Program-made: the position numbers and the translations under genes
Source of the DNA: a virus
Lineage: Duplodnaviria > Caudoviricetes
IMG/VR virus record: IMGVR_UViG_3300007754_000852
Direction: 5' to 3' (one strand)
Length of the DNA: 64,000 nucleotides
Notes under the pieces: generated by a model
Database searches by the model: none
What the model was told of the DNA's origin: nothing
The model's input: only the letters and a program-made list of their open reading frames with translations
Shown here: one piece after another, positions 18,705 to 30,063 of the stretch
Numbering within the stretch: position 1 is the first letter of the stretch
Layout: each line of letters opens with the position of its first letter

Positions 18705-21700
18705 TTAAATTAGAGCGACATATTCCTCTTCTACATCCATCTCTTTAGACCTATTTCTAAACATACCGTCATAGTAAGGAACAGATGATGTGCACTCAAA
18801 GCTAAGATTAGAACACTGTGTATCACCAGGAATAACGGTCTCTGCTGATGACTCCTTGACAAAATCAACCTTGACGACAGCTGGCTGGAGGCCTGGTGAT
18901 TGCTCTGACTCCTCATCTTCTGATGCTGTTTCCATGATGTAGAACTTACCATCTTGACGTTGCTCAAGCATATCTCTAAACTGTCCGTATCTATTCCATC
19001 TAAAAACCGCACTTGAAAACTGCGGATCTATATTTTGTATTCCATAGCTAAAGCCTCTTGCTGAACCTGATATTCCACTATCTACGTCTGTCATTGGTGT
19101 TACAGCCTGTTGATCATTAAAGTCTGTTAAAACACTTCCCTTTCCTGTTTCAAATAGCATTCTCTTGGCAGCTATGGCATTGATAAAAAGTCCTGTCGTA
19201 ATATTAATAATATTCTCACCAGCAAGAAAAATTCCCTGTAACTCTGCCGCTGCGGATGGAGGTTGTTCTGGTGATAACGTTGAATCTGGTAGTGGTGTTG
19301 CTGAGTTGAATATTTCTCCCCAGCTTTCGGGATATCGCTCTATGTTGTTGTCAAAGGGTAATTTCATTCTATTTCCATTCAGCTGTAGAACAACTGATCC
19401 AGTTACAAGAAGCATGTTTCCAACCATTCCATCATATCCAACAGAAATAGAATTTCCAATTCTTGGTGTACCTGCACCCCCATATGTTACAAGATACTCA
19501 TATATGTCTGGAAGAAAAGTATCATAATATCTCTCACTTCTAGAAGATAATCTAACAAATCTCTGCATAGATCCACTGCCATAATATGTCTTTGTTCCGG
19601 AGCTGCCCTTAGGATTCGCTGTGCCGGATGAAAAACTTCCCATTACTGTTCTAGTAAAATCAAGCTGTTCTCTTAGTAGCTTTCCTCCATCTTCTCTAAT
19701 GCCTTTTGTACCATTTGTTGTACCTGTTGCATGAATATTTCCAACAACATAGTTGTCAACATATGTTCCTATCATCTCATCTCTGGTTGCGATATCATAC
19801 TGATCAACAACAGGCTCACCTAGTATTGCCTCATGTATTGCATTAGATGTAAGATTCTGGTTTAGCGTCTCATGATACTCCTTGCCTTCCCTGACAAGGG
19901 AACCAAACATCGTTATACTTGCACGGCCTCCGTTTACCTCTCGAATGTTGCTGTGTAGCTGGGGTGTGCATATGTTCATCCTGCTACCTGTAACAGTATA
20001 GAAGTCTTGAAAGTATGTCATTCCTATACATGCTTCAAGACCGAACACTAGCTCATCCTCTGGAAATAAAAGATATGGACCCTTTTCTTGCAGCGAGCCT
20101 GTTGACATAGAATCAAATCCAATTTTATCAAATGTTGAATAAATATCTGGATGCTGTTCAAGCCTGTGGCTGCCTCCAAAGGGCCTATTAACCCTTGGGT
20201 CGATTTTAAGAAGACCCATGCTTCCTGATATTTTTTGTATTGGAAGCTGTGGATCATTGTGCTCATTTACACCTCTTATATCTTTGCCTGGATAAAAATC
20301 GTATGTATGCTGTCCAAATACTGTAAATGCATCGGTATCTTTACCTCCGACGGGCTCACGACTATACGATGGATTGTCAATTCCTACCCTAAATGCATCA
20401 CAAGATGTTCCTCCGGGCCAATAATTAAATAAATGTGCATTTCCATTAACAAGCTTATTGTCTCCGCTCCCACCGGCCATAGTATACCCTGCACTAGAGT
20501 CTGGAACATAATGATGGCCGTGGAAGCTTGGTGCAACAACAGCGGGCTGTATTTCCATTCTAACAGATCCAGTAAACGTTCCGCTTACCAAAAAATGAGA
20601 ATGCTGATTATTTATTGAGTCGACACCGACAAGAGGATCAACTGTAAATTTATGACTAAATGCAGAGCCGTTAAATGGTAAAAAGTTATAAGAAAGAACT
20701 CCAGGTGGGGAGAAACTATCGGGATCCATGCTTAAGGGCCTTACATTTAAAACGCCAGTATTGTAAAACGTCATAACACCGCTGCATATTAAAAATCTAT
20801 GGCTTCCTGACACTCCGTAGTGCGAGTCTCTTCCACCTAAGCTTGCTGTAACAGCAGTACCAGATGAGTGCGTTTTTGGTGCGTGGTCATTATTTCCACT
20901 ATACTTCCCTCTTGCAAATGGCTTTCTCTGTTGCCTGTATACAAAAAATACATAATCTTGTTGTGGAACTTGATTGGCTCCATCAAGACCTTTTTCATGA
21001 ACTGGCACTACACCAGATGTATTACTTCCTGTTCCATGAACCTGTCTTTGTGCCATGACAGGCAATTCAATAACAAGCTTCTCAAGCATAAATGGTGATG
21101 ATATATAATCTGACATTTTGAGACACTGACTAGACGTTGCATGATATCTTGTGTCAAATGGTGCCATTCCTGTTATAGTTGGATACCCTGCCCTTCGATA
21201 GTTCTGTGCAGGTAAGACAATATTAAGAGGATCCAGGGATGTATTTGCTTGCGAAGCCTGGTTTGGCGTAAATTGAAACGGGAAGCTAGTCGAACCAGAT
21301 ATCATATCATTATTGTTGGTTGCAAACTGACCTTCCGCATGCCAGGCCCAGTCATACTGTAAAGGTGTCTGTGATGCAGGATCAATATTGCCTGTATCTT
21401 CCCATCTTTTTAGATCCCAATTATAGTATGAAAACCCAGTTATGTCACGATCTGCAAATTCACTGCTGGCAGTAACAAATTTATCTCCTCCTGCACCGTC
21501 TGAGTGTCTTGAAAATCTTGTGCTATAGTGCGCTGTGGGTGCGTTGTGTGTGATATCAATTCTTATCTGTGTCTTATCCTTGAGCGGGCTTGAAAATCCA
21601 AGAACTTGCTCGGGTGATGTTCCTGTTAGGTAAAATGCACTTTCCGATAAATAAATTCTGCTATCAACAAACGGTGTAATTGTTTCAGGTGCGGCACTGC

Positions 21701-22028
21701 CAGGAATAATACTTTGAGATATCAAGCTTGATACAAACGATGTTCCGGCAGACATCGATGAAAATGTTTCAATTGTTCCGGTCAGGCCTTGTATCATTTG
21801 ACTGTTTCTTGGAAGAAGCTGCGGATATAATACATTACTGCTTCCTGTAAACACTATTGTATTTGCATCATTAAATGTTGATGACATGAATCCCATTCTA
21901 TCGTGATCGCCAGTTCTTCGAATGACAGGATATGACCCTGTTCTATTATCCTCTATCCTTATTTGTAACCTGGGAGGTATTCCAAGAAATCTTGTCTGTG
22001 TTCCGCTAATTATGTCAATACTGCTCAT
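18705..22028 (-). CDS. Large probable virion protein
   Basis: 1107 aa, G/S/T-rich, 12 (S/T)GS motifs, in the baseplate block. Confidence 0.45.
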   Translation of the reverse strand: MSSIDIISGTQTRFLGIPPRLQIRIEDNRTGSYPVIRRTGDHDRMGFMSSTFNDANTIVFTGSSNVLYPQLLPRNSQMIQGLTGTIETFSSMSAGTSFVSSLISQSIIPGSAAPETITPFVDSRIYLSESAFYLTGTSPEQVLGFSSPLKDKTQIRIDITHNAPTAHYSTRFSRHSDGAGGDKFVTASSEFADRDITGFSYYNWDLKRWEDTGNIDPASQTPLQYDWAWHAEGQFATNNNDMISGSTSFPFQFTPNQASQANTSLDPLNIVLPAQNYRRAGYPTITGMAPFDTRYHATSSQCLKMSDYISSPFMLEKLVIELPVMAQRQVHGTGSNTSGVVPVHEKGLDGANQVPQQDYVFFVYRQQRKPFARGKYSGNNDHAPKTHSSGTAVTASLGGRDSHYGVSGSHRFLICSGVMTFYNTGVLNVRPLSMDPDSFSPPGVLSYNFLPFNGSAFSHKFTVDPLVGVDSINNQHSHFLVSGTFTGSVRMEIQPAVVAPSFHGHHYVPDSSAGYTMAGGSGDNKLVNGNAHLFNYWPGGTSCDAFRVGIDNPSYSREPVGGKDTDAFTVFGQHTYDFYPGKDIRGVNEHNDPQLPIQKISGSMGLLKIDPRVNRPFGGSHRLEQHPDIYSTFDKIGFDSMSTGSLQEKGPYLLFPEDELVFGLEACIGMTYFQDFYTVTGSRMNICTPQLHSNIREVNGGRASITMFGSLVREGKEYHETLNQNLTSNAIHEAILGEPVVDQYDIATRDEMIGTYVDNYVVGNIHATGTTNGTKGIREDGGKLLREQLDFTRTVMGSFSSGTANPKGSSGTKTYYGSGSMQRFVRLSSRSERYYDTFLPDIYEYLVTYGGAGTPRIGNSISVGYDGMVGNMLLVTGSVVLQLNGNRMKLPFDNNIERYPESWGEIFNSATPLPDSTLSPEQPPSAAAELQGIFLAGENIINITTGLFINAIAAKRMLFETGKGSVLTDFNDQQAVTPMTDVDSGISGSARGFSYGIQNIDPQFSSAVFRWNRYGQFRDMLEQRQDGKFYIMETASEDEESEQSPGLQPAVVKVDFVKESSAETVIPGDTQCSNLSFECTSSVPYYDGMFRNRSKEMDVEEEYVALI

Positions 22029-23002
22029 CTCTTCAATCCTGCAAATGCAATTGAATCAGTTCCAAGAACTGTGCTGCATCCTGTATCGCTTCCGGTTACA
22101 GATATCTCTCTAAAGATAAACCCTGCTGTTGCAGACTTAAAACGTGTTCCATACGGACCTCGATCTCTAAAGCTACCTGATATGCTCTCTATCATTAGAG
22201 AACCGCTTGCGCCTGTTGAGTGATCATCTCCTATTGCTAGCTTTGGAAATAACCCTTGTGAATCATCAAATGGAATGACATTTGACCTAAATGATGACAC
22301 AATTCCAGGCTGAAATAGATACGCAAAGCTTCCAGATATCTGCTCATTGGAGCTGCTGGCAGGTATTGCAATAGAACCCGTCTGTATTCCTGGCAGCCTT
22401 GGACCGGATAACCCCTCAGATGACTCAAAATATGCAGACTTAGTAACTGGGCTGAATTCGATCCTTTGTGAGATCATGACACAGTCTCTATTGGCATCCT
22501 GTGTTGCGTCTGACTGTAAGGAGGCACGTATTTTATGAGACACAAACGGAGATTCTATTGACGCACCGACAAGACCTGCACGTATTGCGAGAGGCTCAAT
22601 AACACCGTCCATCTGACCTGGGTCGAGAAAAAACGGTGTTGACAGCACAACTGGATATTGCTCACCGCCTGCATCGTTAATATAATCTTCTGGATTAACC
22701 TTTCCAATTATGTCAATAAATGGAGACGGAACTCCGTCTGGCCCTGGATCCTCATGAAGCTTTGGTTGGCCATATAGAATGGTCTTCATCTCATGACTAA
22801 ATCTATCACCAGTCCCGTCAGGAAACTCTCCACCCATGATTATGGGGCTTAGGCTCTGTCTATAGTCACTAAAGTCTCTAACACTGACACCCTGCCTAAA
22901 TTGATCAACAGAGTTTCCAAGAGAGCTAGAGACAGCTGTTGCACGAGATATGATCCTGTTTACATCACGTATTCCTCGATCTCTAAACGGTACAATTGCC
23001 AT
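22025..23002 (-). CDS. Probable virion protein
   Basis: 325 aa, ATG after GGAG; 4-bp overlap with the downstream gene. Confidence 0.45.
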   Translation of the reverse strand: MAIVPFRDRGIRDVNRIISRATAVSSSLGNSVDQFRQGVSVRDFSDYRQSLSPIIMGGEFPDGTGDRFSHEMKTILYGQPKLHEDPGPDGVPSPFIDIIGKVNPEDYINDAGGEQYPVVLSTPFFLDPGQMDGVIEPLAIRAGLVGASIESPFVSHKIRASLQSDATQDANRDCVMISQRIEFSPVTKSAYFESSEGLSGPRLPGIQTGSIAIPASSSNEQISGSFAYLFQPGIVSSFRSNVIPFDDSQGLFPKLAIGDDHSTGASGSLMIESISGSFRDRGPYGTRFKSATAGFIFREISVTGSDTGCSTVLGTDSIAFAGLKR

Positions 23003-23016
23003 CTAACACAACTCCA

Positions 23017-26000
23017 TCACTCAGCATTTAAAAGTGCCTCGAGGACATCATCCTCAACACGCACACCTCTCGCATCAACATCTCTCTCAAATCCTTGCAG
23101 ATATATCTCATCAAATAAGTATCTAAACCTGTGTCTTTCAAGAACGTGTGACTCGATAACAAAATTAATTCCCATAAACTTTGTCTTTCTTGGAATCACC
23201 TGCTCAATTAAAGATCCAAGCGCTGTATCAAACCACTTGAAGAAGTCAAAAAACGCCTGAACGTTTAGCTTCTTTTCAAGCCTGTTAAAGTAAACCTCTC
23301 TCATATAATCTAAATCAGGATATGTCTCGTCAAATAGAAGATTTGGCTTTCCTAAGGCATTATCAAAAAACTCTAAAGATGAGAAAAGGCTCATGATGTC
23401 CTCATTTAATGCCTTCATTGCAGAATAGTCTATTGTAAACCTCGTATCATCATCTGGAATTTCACTTGGTGTAACATCGAATACAGGTGACGTTGTAGCA
23501 TATGAGTTATCATCTAGATACGATACATCGCTATATCCTCTTACTCGCACCTTTTCATCTGACTGACCTACATCAAAGCTAGGAGATAGCATGCTATAGT
23601 AAAACGTCTCAGGTCTTATGACTGACTTATTTGTCTCAAATCCAGATGCAGAAAAGTTAATTGAATTTTGAGAAAAATCAACAAGTGCTATATCTCCAGA
23701 ACCATTTGAATTTGTAACAGCCTGGTCGGTTGAACAGTCAAGTCTCAGCCTGCCAAAAGCTCCCGTCGGCTCTGTCATAAAGTTAAAGTTTGACATAGGA
23801 TCACTAACGCCGAGAGACTTAAAGTTCCTTACGTGTTCGCGCCAGTCAGCATCTGACAGCCCCTTGGACCAAAATCTGATGTGACCTACCTTTCCAGCAA
23901 ACTCTGTATTTAGATTTTCAATTCCAGAGTTGACACCAACATTCAGACAGTAGTTATTTGTCGTATCTTGTGATATTGACTGTGATCCGACAACAAGAAA
24001 CGGCCCTGAGCTATTGTAGCTAGACCCGTGCGCCTGAAAGAGATTTGAAGCAGGCGTGCCTACAGATGTTTCCTGGAAGAATGATGACGTGCTAAAGTAT
24101 TCCTTTGCCTTTCCGAACGACTGTCTTCCACACCTAAGAAAATATGATGAGGATGACGCAGCACCTATCTCATCGCACCTATTTCTTCCAAATGACACGC
24201 TCCACTGATTTCCGTCAAATATATTCACACCTGTTAATGATAATGTGAATACTGGTTCATTAGTTGAGCCTATAGACGGTCTTACAAATAATTTTAGCCC
24301 TGATCCGCTTGATGTGACATTGTTCTGTGCACCTGAGAGAACAATCAGGTTTGATAGAACCAATCCTGATCCTGACGCTGGTGAGGTTGAACCTGTCGTG
24401 TGAATTCTAATAAGGCTCTGTGTAACAGGATACTCATTCTTTATAGGGAACTTATATATTGCCTCATATGTGAACGATCCCGACGTGAAAAAACCGTCAC
24501 CTGGTTCATTTGAGATGCCATGGAGAAACTTTCCGGCATCATCATTTATATCAAGCATTGTGCCCTTTGGCTCAGGAAATCCTGCCTCTATTCTTGAACT
24601 AGATAAGAATCCAGATACTAAATGTGGTGTTATAAACGAGCCTGTTGAAGAACCGAATCCTTGTTGGCTTAGATCAAGAATCTCATGCTTAGGGGACCAT
24701 GAAAAGCTTCCAGAAAAGTCTATCATAGAGGAAACATCGGACGTTTTCTGACGTCTGTTCTTTAAAGAGAATCGTTTTGGTCCTCCATACTCTCTTATTG
24801 AAAAAACCTTGTCAGGATTTATTCCTGCTGCTCTCATTATTGACTTAACACTATGAATTGTCCCCTTTGACTGCGCTATATCCTTTATGTTAATTAAGAT
24901 TCTCTTCCATATCTGATTTTGGATATATGAAAGAGACTCGCTAGAGAGGCTTTGATTAGTTTTAATGTTTTCTCCTCTAGAAAATTGCTCAAGAGGAGTG
25001 TTTGAATATATTGACGGTAGATGAAATCCATAGTATTTTGCAACAAATGGCAAAAATTTATCTGTAACAGAGTCAGCACTATCATAATCAGTATGGATAA
25101 CTGAAGAAAAGTGATCAATAAACACCTTTAGTTCATCAAAAAACTTAGCCCAAATTAAAAGAAATGATGTTAATAACTGAGCTGATCCTATCTGCCCTGA
25201 TCCCGGTATTGACTTTCCTAGATATGGTTCTCCTATCTGTCCATCCTCATTGTCCATTCCTTCATCTACCTGACCCTCTAAAAGATGATGTTTGGGAATA
25301 AGTCGAGTAATAAGATTTGGATTTTCAGAATCATAGTTGCTAGCTGATGACAATAATGTTGAATTTAAATTTGCAACTTTTGAATATTCAGGAAAGAGGA
25401 TTGGTGATATATTTTTATCCTCTGCTGTCATTGGATTTGTCAATGAACCTGTAAGTCTTAGACTTGCAGTGAAGTTTGTTATTGAACTATGAAGAGAGTT
25501 TCCAGAGCTATCAATACAAACATTATTTATTCCGTATGTTCCTGTGTAATAAGGTTCATTAAGTTTAAAATATAGCTTAAGATCATTATCAGAAAAGATA
25601 TTTCTAGTTCCATACAAGCCTTGACTTTCTGGTGTTCTAACATTGTGAAAAAATCTAAATTCATCAATTGCACCAGAAAATGTTTGCTGCGGTGTGAATA
25701 TCGTCTTTTCTTCTCCAGGTAGATATCCTGTCTGGATGTTTTGAGCAGATCCAGATCCAATAGTTAAACTGCTTTGGTTTGTAAGAAGCCTTCCTGGTAG
25801 GGCAACATTAGATGAGCTAGCCACAAGAGACTGACTAACATAGATCATCAGCCTTCCCCTGTTGACTGATCTATCAAATACAGCACATATGTGATTCCAC
25901 TTTCCCTTGTCTATAGATGCACTAGTTGCCAACCTAAGAGATCCTGAGCTTACTGCGAAAATCAAATCTGACGATGCCGATCCACCTGCAGACGTTCCGT

Positions 26001-26643
26001 CATTTCCTGCTCTATCTAGATTAGATGCGCTTAGAGCTAAAAGAAATCCAAAACTGCCGTCGCCGCCTGTTGATCCTGATAGTTTTTGACATATGACCTG
26101 ATTATCGCTTCCAGTTCTTGCAGGATATACATGTGCCTCTATTGAGAATGATGACATATCTACATCTAAAACTGCATCGCCTGTATTTATCTTAGAAAAG
26201 TTAGGAAACTGACTGCCTGCAGAGTCTACAACCTCTACGTGTGAGGCGCTGAACATTAGAAATCCAACATTCTTTGGGAATCTTTTTAAGACATCTTTTT
26301 CAAAACCAGTTAAAGAGTCTTCAAACTTTTCTAGCTCGTCACGGGTTCCATCAAACGGAAACTCATTTATAATTCGATCAAATGCAATATTAACTTTAGA
26401 CTCTGCTGAATTGAAAAACGTGTGATTTTCAAACTTTGAATAGTCAATATCAATTTCCTGTGTCGATCTTAAGCCTGTTCCAGGAGCATCATATCTAAAA
26501 GATGACGTATTTTCAATATTGGAATCAACCATCTTTTTTAGAGATAGATCACTTACAAATCCATGACTATCAACCTCATTTCTTGTCACTGATGGTGAAA
26601 ATATCTTTGGCCTCTTTGATATTCGTGACTTACTGTTAGGCAT
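23017..26643 (-). CDS. Baseplate wedge-like protein (P2 gpI/T4 gp7-like core) with two LamG-like domains
   Basis: 1208 aa. LamG-like KWNHICAVFDR...GAIDEFRFFH and WSVSFGR...GHIRFWSKGL. Central DKFLPFVAKYYGFHLP...WKRILINI...KGTIHSVKSIMR is typical of gpI-like wedge domains. Confidence 0.6.
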   Translation of the reverse strand: MPNSKSRISKRPKIFSPSVTRNEVDSHGFVSDLSLKKMVDSNIENTSSFRYDAPGTGLRSTQEIDIDYSKFENHTFFNSAESKVNIAFDRIINEFPFDGTRDELEKFEDSLTGFEKDVLKRFPKNVGFLMFSASHVEVVDSAGSQFPNFSKINTGDAVLDVDMSSFSIEAHVYPARTGSDNQVICQKLSGSTGGDGSFGFLLALSASNLDRAGNDGTSAGGSASSDLIFAVSSGSLRLATSASIDKGKWNHICAVFDRSVNRGRLMIYVSQSLVASSSNVALPGRLLTNQSSLTIGSGSAQNIQTGYLPGEEKTIFTPQQTFSGAIDEFRFFHNVRTPESQGLYGTRNIFSDNDLKLYFKLNEPYYTGTYGINNVCIDSSGNSLHSSITNFTASLRLTGSLTNPMTAEDKNISPILFPEYSKVANLNSTLLSSASNYDSENPNLITRLIPKHHLLEGQVDEGMDNEDGQIGEPYLGKSIPGSGQIGSAQLLTSFLLIWAKFFDELKVFIDHFSSVIHTDYDSADSVTDKFLPFVAKYYGFHLPSIYSNTPLEQFSRGENIKTNQSLSSESLSYIQNQIWKRILINIKDIAQSKGTIHSVKSIMRAAGINPDKVFSIREYGGPKRFSLKNRRQKTSDVSSMIDFSGSFSWSPKHEILDLSQQGFGSSTGSFITPHLVSGFLSSSRIEAGFPEPKGTMLDINDDAGKFLHGISNEPGDGFFTSGSFTYEAIYKFPIKNEYPVTQSLIRIHTTGSTSPASGSGLVLSNLIVLSGAQNNVTSSGSGLKLFVRPSIGSTNEPVFTLSLTGVNIFDGNQWSVSFGRNRCDEIGAASSSSYFLRCGRQSFGKAKEYFSTSSFFQETSVGTPASNLFQAHGSSYNSSGPFLVVGSQSISQDTTNNYCLNVGVNSGIENLNTEFAGKVGHIRFWSKGLSDADWREHVRNFKSLGVSDPMSNFNFMTEPTGAFGRLRLDCSTDQAVTNSNGSGDIALVDFSQNSINFSASGFETNKSVIRPETFYYSMLSPSFDVGQSDEKVRVRGYSDVSYLDDNSYATTSPVFDVTPSEIPDDDTRFTIDYSAMKALNEDIMSLFSSLEFFDNALGKPNLLFDETYPDLDYMREVYFNRLEKKLNVQAFFDFFKWFDTALGSLIEQVIPRKTKFMGINFVIESHVLERHRFRYLFDEIYLQGFERDVDARGVRVEDDVLEALLNAE

Positions 26644-26656
26644 TGACTATTATCAC

Positions 26657-28192
26657 CTACTCAACTTTAAACTTTGTTGCCACGTTTGAAAATACCTGCT
26701 CAATTCCGTTATCATTAATAAGAAAATCAAATCCGTATGTTCTTCCTGGTGATAAGCTGTCCATATAAAATTCAAAATACATTCCCTCTGAGTCTGTCGA
26801 TAGTAGTGTGCCATCTTTCTCTGTATCAAATGGAATTATTATGTCGTTAGAGTCAAAGTCTTTCACCCTGTAATACATCTCTGTAAAAATTTTACTCTTA
26901 GATATTATTGGTTTCTTTACAAGAACTATGTCATCCTCTATATCCTCTGCAAACACTCTAAGCTTTACCCTTTGAGACTTCTTATATGAGGATTTAAGAT
27001 TGATTATGTTAATAAACGGGTTGCATGTCTTATCAACAAATGCAGACCTATTAACTGTGTTTATCACAAGAGATCCTGTAAAGTATCCAACAGTCTTGTC
27101 AAGAGAACTCCACGTCTCTGTAAACGTTGCAGATCCTGCATTTATTATCTCATTTCTCAGTGTTCCAGATTCAAATTCAGATATTGAAAATGTTGATGAG
27201 TACACACCGCTCATAAAGTTATTTCCAATCTTATGCTGTGATCCTGAAAATGTTCTCGAAAAGAATGTAGAGCTTCCGGTGCTTCCTGATGCTATTGTTA
27301 CAAGTAGACAATTTGTTCCCGTTACCTTTGTTGCTGATACACCTGACAAGATGTCGAATCTTGACCCACGATGGAAGTTATTTAAAAATAGAGATCCAGT
27401 TACATCAAAGAAAAAAGATCTATGATGATCATGAATAGAGTCATTAAATCTTACGACTAACTTTGGTCTCTTTCTTGTATTGGTTGAGTGTCTTGATGCA
27501 AACCTCTTGACAAATCTCGTAAAGTGATCAGTCTCCTCACTTCCTGAAAATGATAATCTGAAACCGTGATCAGGTATTTGTCCGGCTAGAGTTGCAGATA
27601 CAACAGTTGTTATATCAATAGACAGATCCTCCTCACCCACGTTGAACTCTTGACTCTTCCAAAGGTTCACAACTCCGTTTCCATCATGAAGATTGCCACT
27701 TGAGATGATGTCAATATCATCTGATCCTAAGAGTCCATCCTTATTAGCTCCTGACATATACCACTGGACGGCCTTGCCACCTGATATTGACGACGTGTGA
27801 AAATTACATGCATCGATATCCTCAAATGTCACAACGTCTCTTCCAATGCCTTCATCAAATGACCTAGAAAGAGGAAACATTATTACATTAAAGTTAGAAG
27901 GCGTTGTCTGGCCTCCATATACATCATGCATCTTTAATGTGCAATTAAACGACGGATGTGTGATATCTAGTGTTGTTCCTGTAATAGCCTTAAGATGGCT
28001 TAGATCAAACTTAATAAGAATTCTAGATATTTCAGTAGGAGCATCAGTTCCGGAAATTAAAGATTCATCATACAATTTAAATAAGTCTAACGTTCCTGCT
28101 GCGCCGACATTGGCATCAGTCGCTCTAAACGAGCTATTAATAATTTTATTTGTGATGTATGTGTCACTGCTTGCAGAAAGAATTCTATACAT
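26657..28192 (-). CDS. Virion protein with DNRLRE-like N-terminal domain
   Basis: ASSDTYI...NVG...SRILIKFDLS pattern; adjacent to the gp6-like gene. Confidence 0.5.
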   Translation of the reverse strand: MYRILSASSDTYITNKIINSSFRATDANVGAAGTLDLFKLYDESLISGTDAPTEISRILIKFDLSHLKAITGTTLDITHPSFNCTLKMHDVYGGQTTPSNFNVIMFPLSRSFDEGIGRDVVTFEDIDACNFHTSSISGGKAVQWYMSGANKDGLLGSDDIDIISSGNLHDGNGVVNLWKSQEFNVGEEDLSIDITTVVSATLAGQIPDHGFRLSFSGSEETDHFTRFVKRFASRHSTNTRKRPKLVVRFNDSIHDHHRSFFFDVTGSLFLNNFHRGSRFDILSGVSATKVTGTNCLLVTIASGSTGSSTFFSRTFSGSQHKIGNNFMSGVYSSTFSISEFESGTLRNEIINAGSATFTETWSSLDKTVGYFTGSLVINTVNRSAFVDKTCNPFINIINLKSSYKKSQRVKLRVFAEDIEDDIVLVKKPIISKSKIFTEMYYRVKDFDSNDIIIPFDTEKDGTLLSTDSEGMYFEFYMDSLSPGRTYGFDFLINDNGIEQVFSNVATKFKVE

Positions 28193-28197
28193 TTTAT

Positions 28198-30054
28198 CTA
28201 CTCCGCGCTACCAACAATGTCATCATCTGGATACTTAATCTCAAGAATTGATCCTGGCGGAACCATCAGCACACCTTTTTTTAAATTTGATGTGATGTTA
28301 AATGTCTCGCCACTGTACTCTCTTCCATCAAGATTTCCTGATTTTGAAAGAACATCAAGCGAAACATGAGACATGACACCCTCAGTGTTGAGGATAATAT
28401 TTATTAGATCTGACATTATCAGAGGTTGATCAATTTGAAAGTTTTCAATTTTTAGATATTTTTTAAGCTCAGAGTTAACCTTTTGTATAGTTAATTCCTT
28501 GTTTGCTGTAGAGTCAACAATAATTGAATACTTTATTGCGACATTTAGAATTCTTGCATCAACAATATCAATCGCATCAGATATCAACCTAAATTCATTT
28601 AAATATTCGCTTATATTTTCCTTAAGTGTGTCTGGAGAAACTATTAAATTATTATTTGAGTCTCTGCTTATAATAGACACAATAGATGAAAGAGGATTAT
28701 TTGGATTTGATCTTATTCCAACCCTAAAGACTCTTCCAAAATTAGTAGGCATGGTATAGATTCTAGACATTAGATCTTGCTTTGTGACAATTCTAGACTG
28801 TGAGTTTCTATGAGCTAATGCGACAGCCTTGAGCTCATTAAGTGTTAGTTCAGATTCTCCACCTGATGCTTCGACAGGATTTGTTGTATATACTGTTGAT
28901 CTAATTGATGAAACTGTTGATGACGGTACACCAGACGAAAACTTTGTAATTAGATTTTTAATAGACCTTAGAGATTCTGATCCTACATTATGAGATAGTC
29001 CGCCTCCTGCCCTGTATCTAACTGTCACCTTGGTTCCCCTTGGTGACACACCCAGGGTTCTTGTCTTTAAAAGAGAGTTTGGATCAATAGAGAATCTTTT
29101 CATTGTGTTTTTAGACCCAAATAGTGGGAGAGACACCTCGCTAGGATCTGGAATGATATCATCATCAAGAGTCGACGCATCACCTGATCCAAATCTAATT
29201 GTCGTCATTCCTGTATTTCTACTTGTTGTAGATATAAATCTAAACGGTGCAGGTAAAAGCTCTAAATTATCAGATACGAGATCACTATCATTGCTCGTAT
29301 TTATCACACTTTTAAATACTGTGTCCTGCGTAAGTGAATCGACCTCATAGTATTCATTTCTCTCAGTGTCTGTAACAGAGATAATTTCAGTGACATTTTC
29401 AGACCCAAGAACAATTGTTCTAAACGGCTTGTAGTCATCTCCTATTGTAAACGTTTCCTCAACGGTCTTACCTGACTTGCACAACCCTGTCAACTTAACT
29501 AGATAGCTTGTAGGTAATCCAGAAGAGTCAGCCTTATCAACAACATAAGATGCAATTAAATTTCCTGACGATGTTTTTTTTGAAAAATCTAGATCCTCAC
29601 CTAACTCAAATACAATTCCAGTGTTTGATGACACTGTCGTTCCTGTTTTGATGATGGGAAGATCTGTCGATCTTGGCCTTCGACCCTGCGCTGTTGTCTC
29701 ATATCCCACCTTTAGAAAAAAATCAACATACACAGAAGCCGGTGCCGCACCTGATATCTTGACGCCTGCAGCCCTCACTAATCTTTCAACATTTTTATCT
29801 TCAACAGCTGTTTCAAGATCTAGCTCATTAAACTGGTGATCTAGATAAAATGACATGACATCACCAACATACGCAGCCATATCTAAAAACAGACCTCCCA
29901 TGCTAGCTTCAGAAAAATCCTGTATTCTATCAGAGTAGTATGTTCTTGCATAGTCTAATAGCTCAGACCTAAATGAATTAAAGTCCCGATTTAGATATGA
30001 TCGCGGTTTTTTCTGTATTAGCTTGTTTTTTATATTTTTAGAACTTTTAGACAT
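28198..30054 (-). CDS. Baseplate wedge subunit (T4 gp6/baseplate-J-like)
   Basis: RDFNSFRSELLDYARTYY...DF...FLDMAAYVGDVMSFYLD...LETA, KVTVRYRAGGG, ASGG.SE, QSRIVTKQD. Confidence 0.85.
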   Translation of the reverse strand: MSKSSKNIKNKLIQKKPRSYLNRDFNSFRSELLDYARTYYSDRIQDFSEASMGGLFLDMAAYVGDVMSFYLDHQFNELDLETAVEDKNVERLVRAAGVKISGAAPASVYVDFFLKVGYETTAQGRRPRSTDLPIIKTGTTVSSNTGIVFELGEDLDFSKKTSSGNLIASYVVDKADSSGLPTSYLVKLTGLCKSGKTVEETFTIGDDYKPFRTIVLGSENVTEIISVTDTERNEYYEVDSLTQDTVFKSVINTSNDSDLVSDNLELLPAPFRFISTTSRNTGMTTIRFGSGDASTLDDDIIPDPSEVSLPLFGSKNTMKRFSIDPNSLLKTRTLGVSPRGTKVTVRYRAGGGLSHNVGSESLRSIKNLITKFSSGVPSSTVSSIRSTVYTTNPVEASGGESELTLNELKAVALAHRNSQSRIVTKQDLMSRIYTMPTNFGRVFRVGIRSNPNNPLSSIVSIISRDSNNNLIVSPDTLKENISEYLNEFRLISDAIDIVDARILNVAIKYSIIVDSTANKELTIQKVNSELKKYLKIENFQIDQPLIMSDLINIILNTEGVMSHVSLDVLSKSGNLDGREYSGETFNITSNLKKGVLMVPPGSILEIKYPDDDIVGSAE

Positions 30055-30063
30055 CTTATATCA

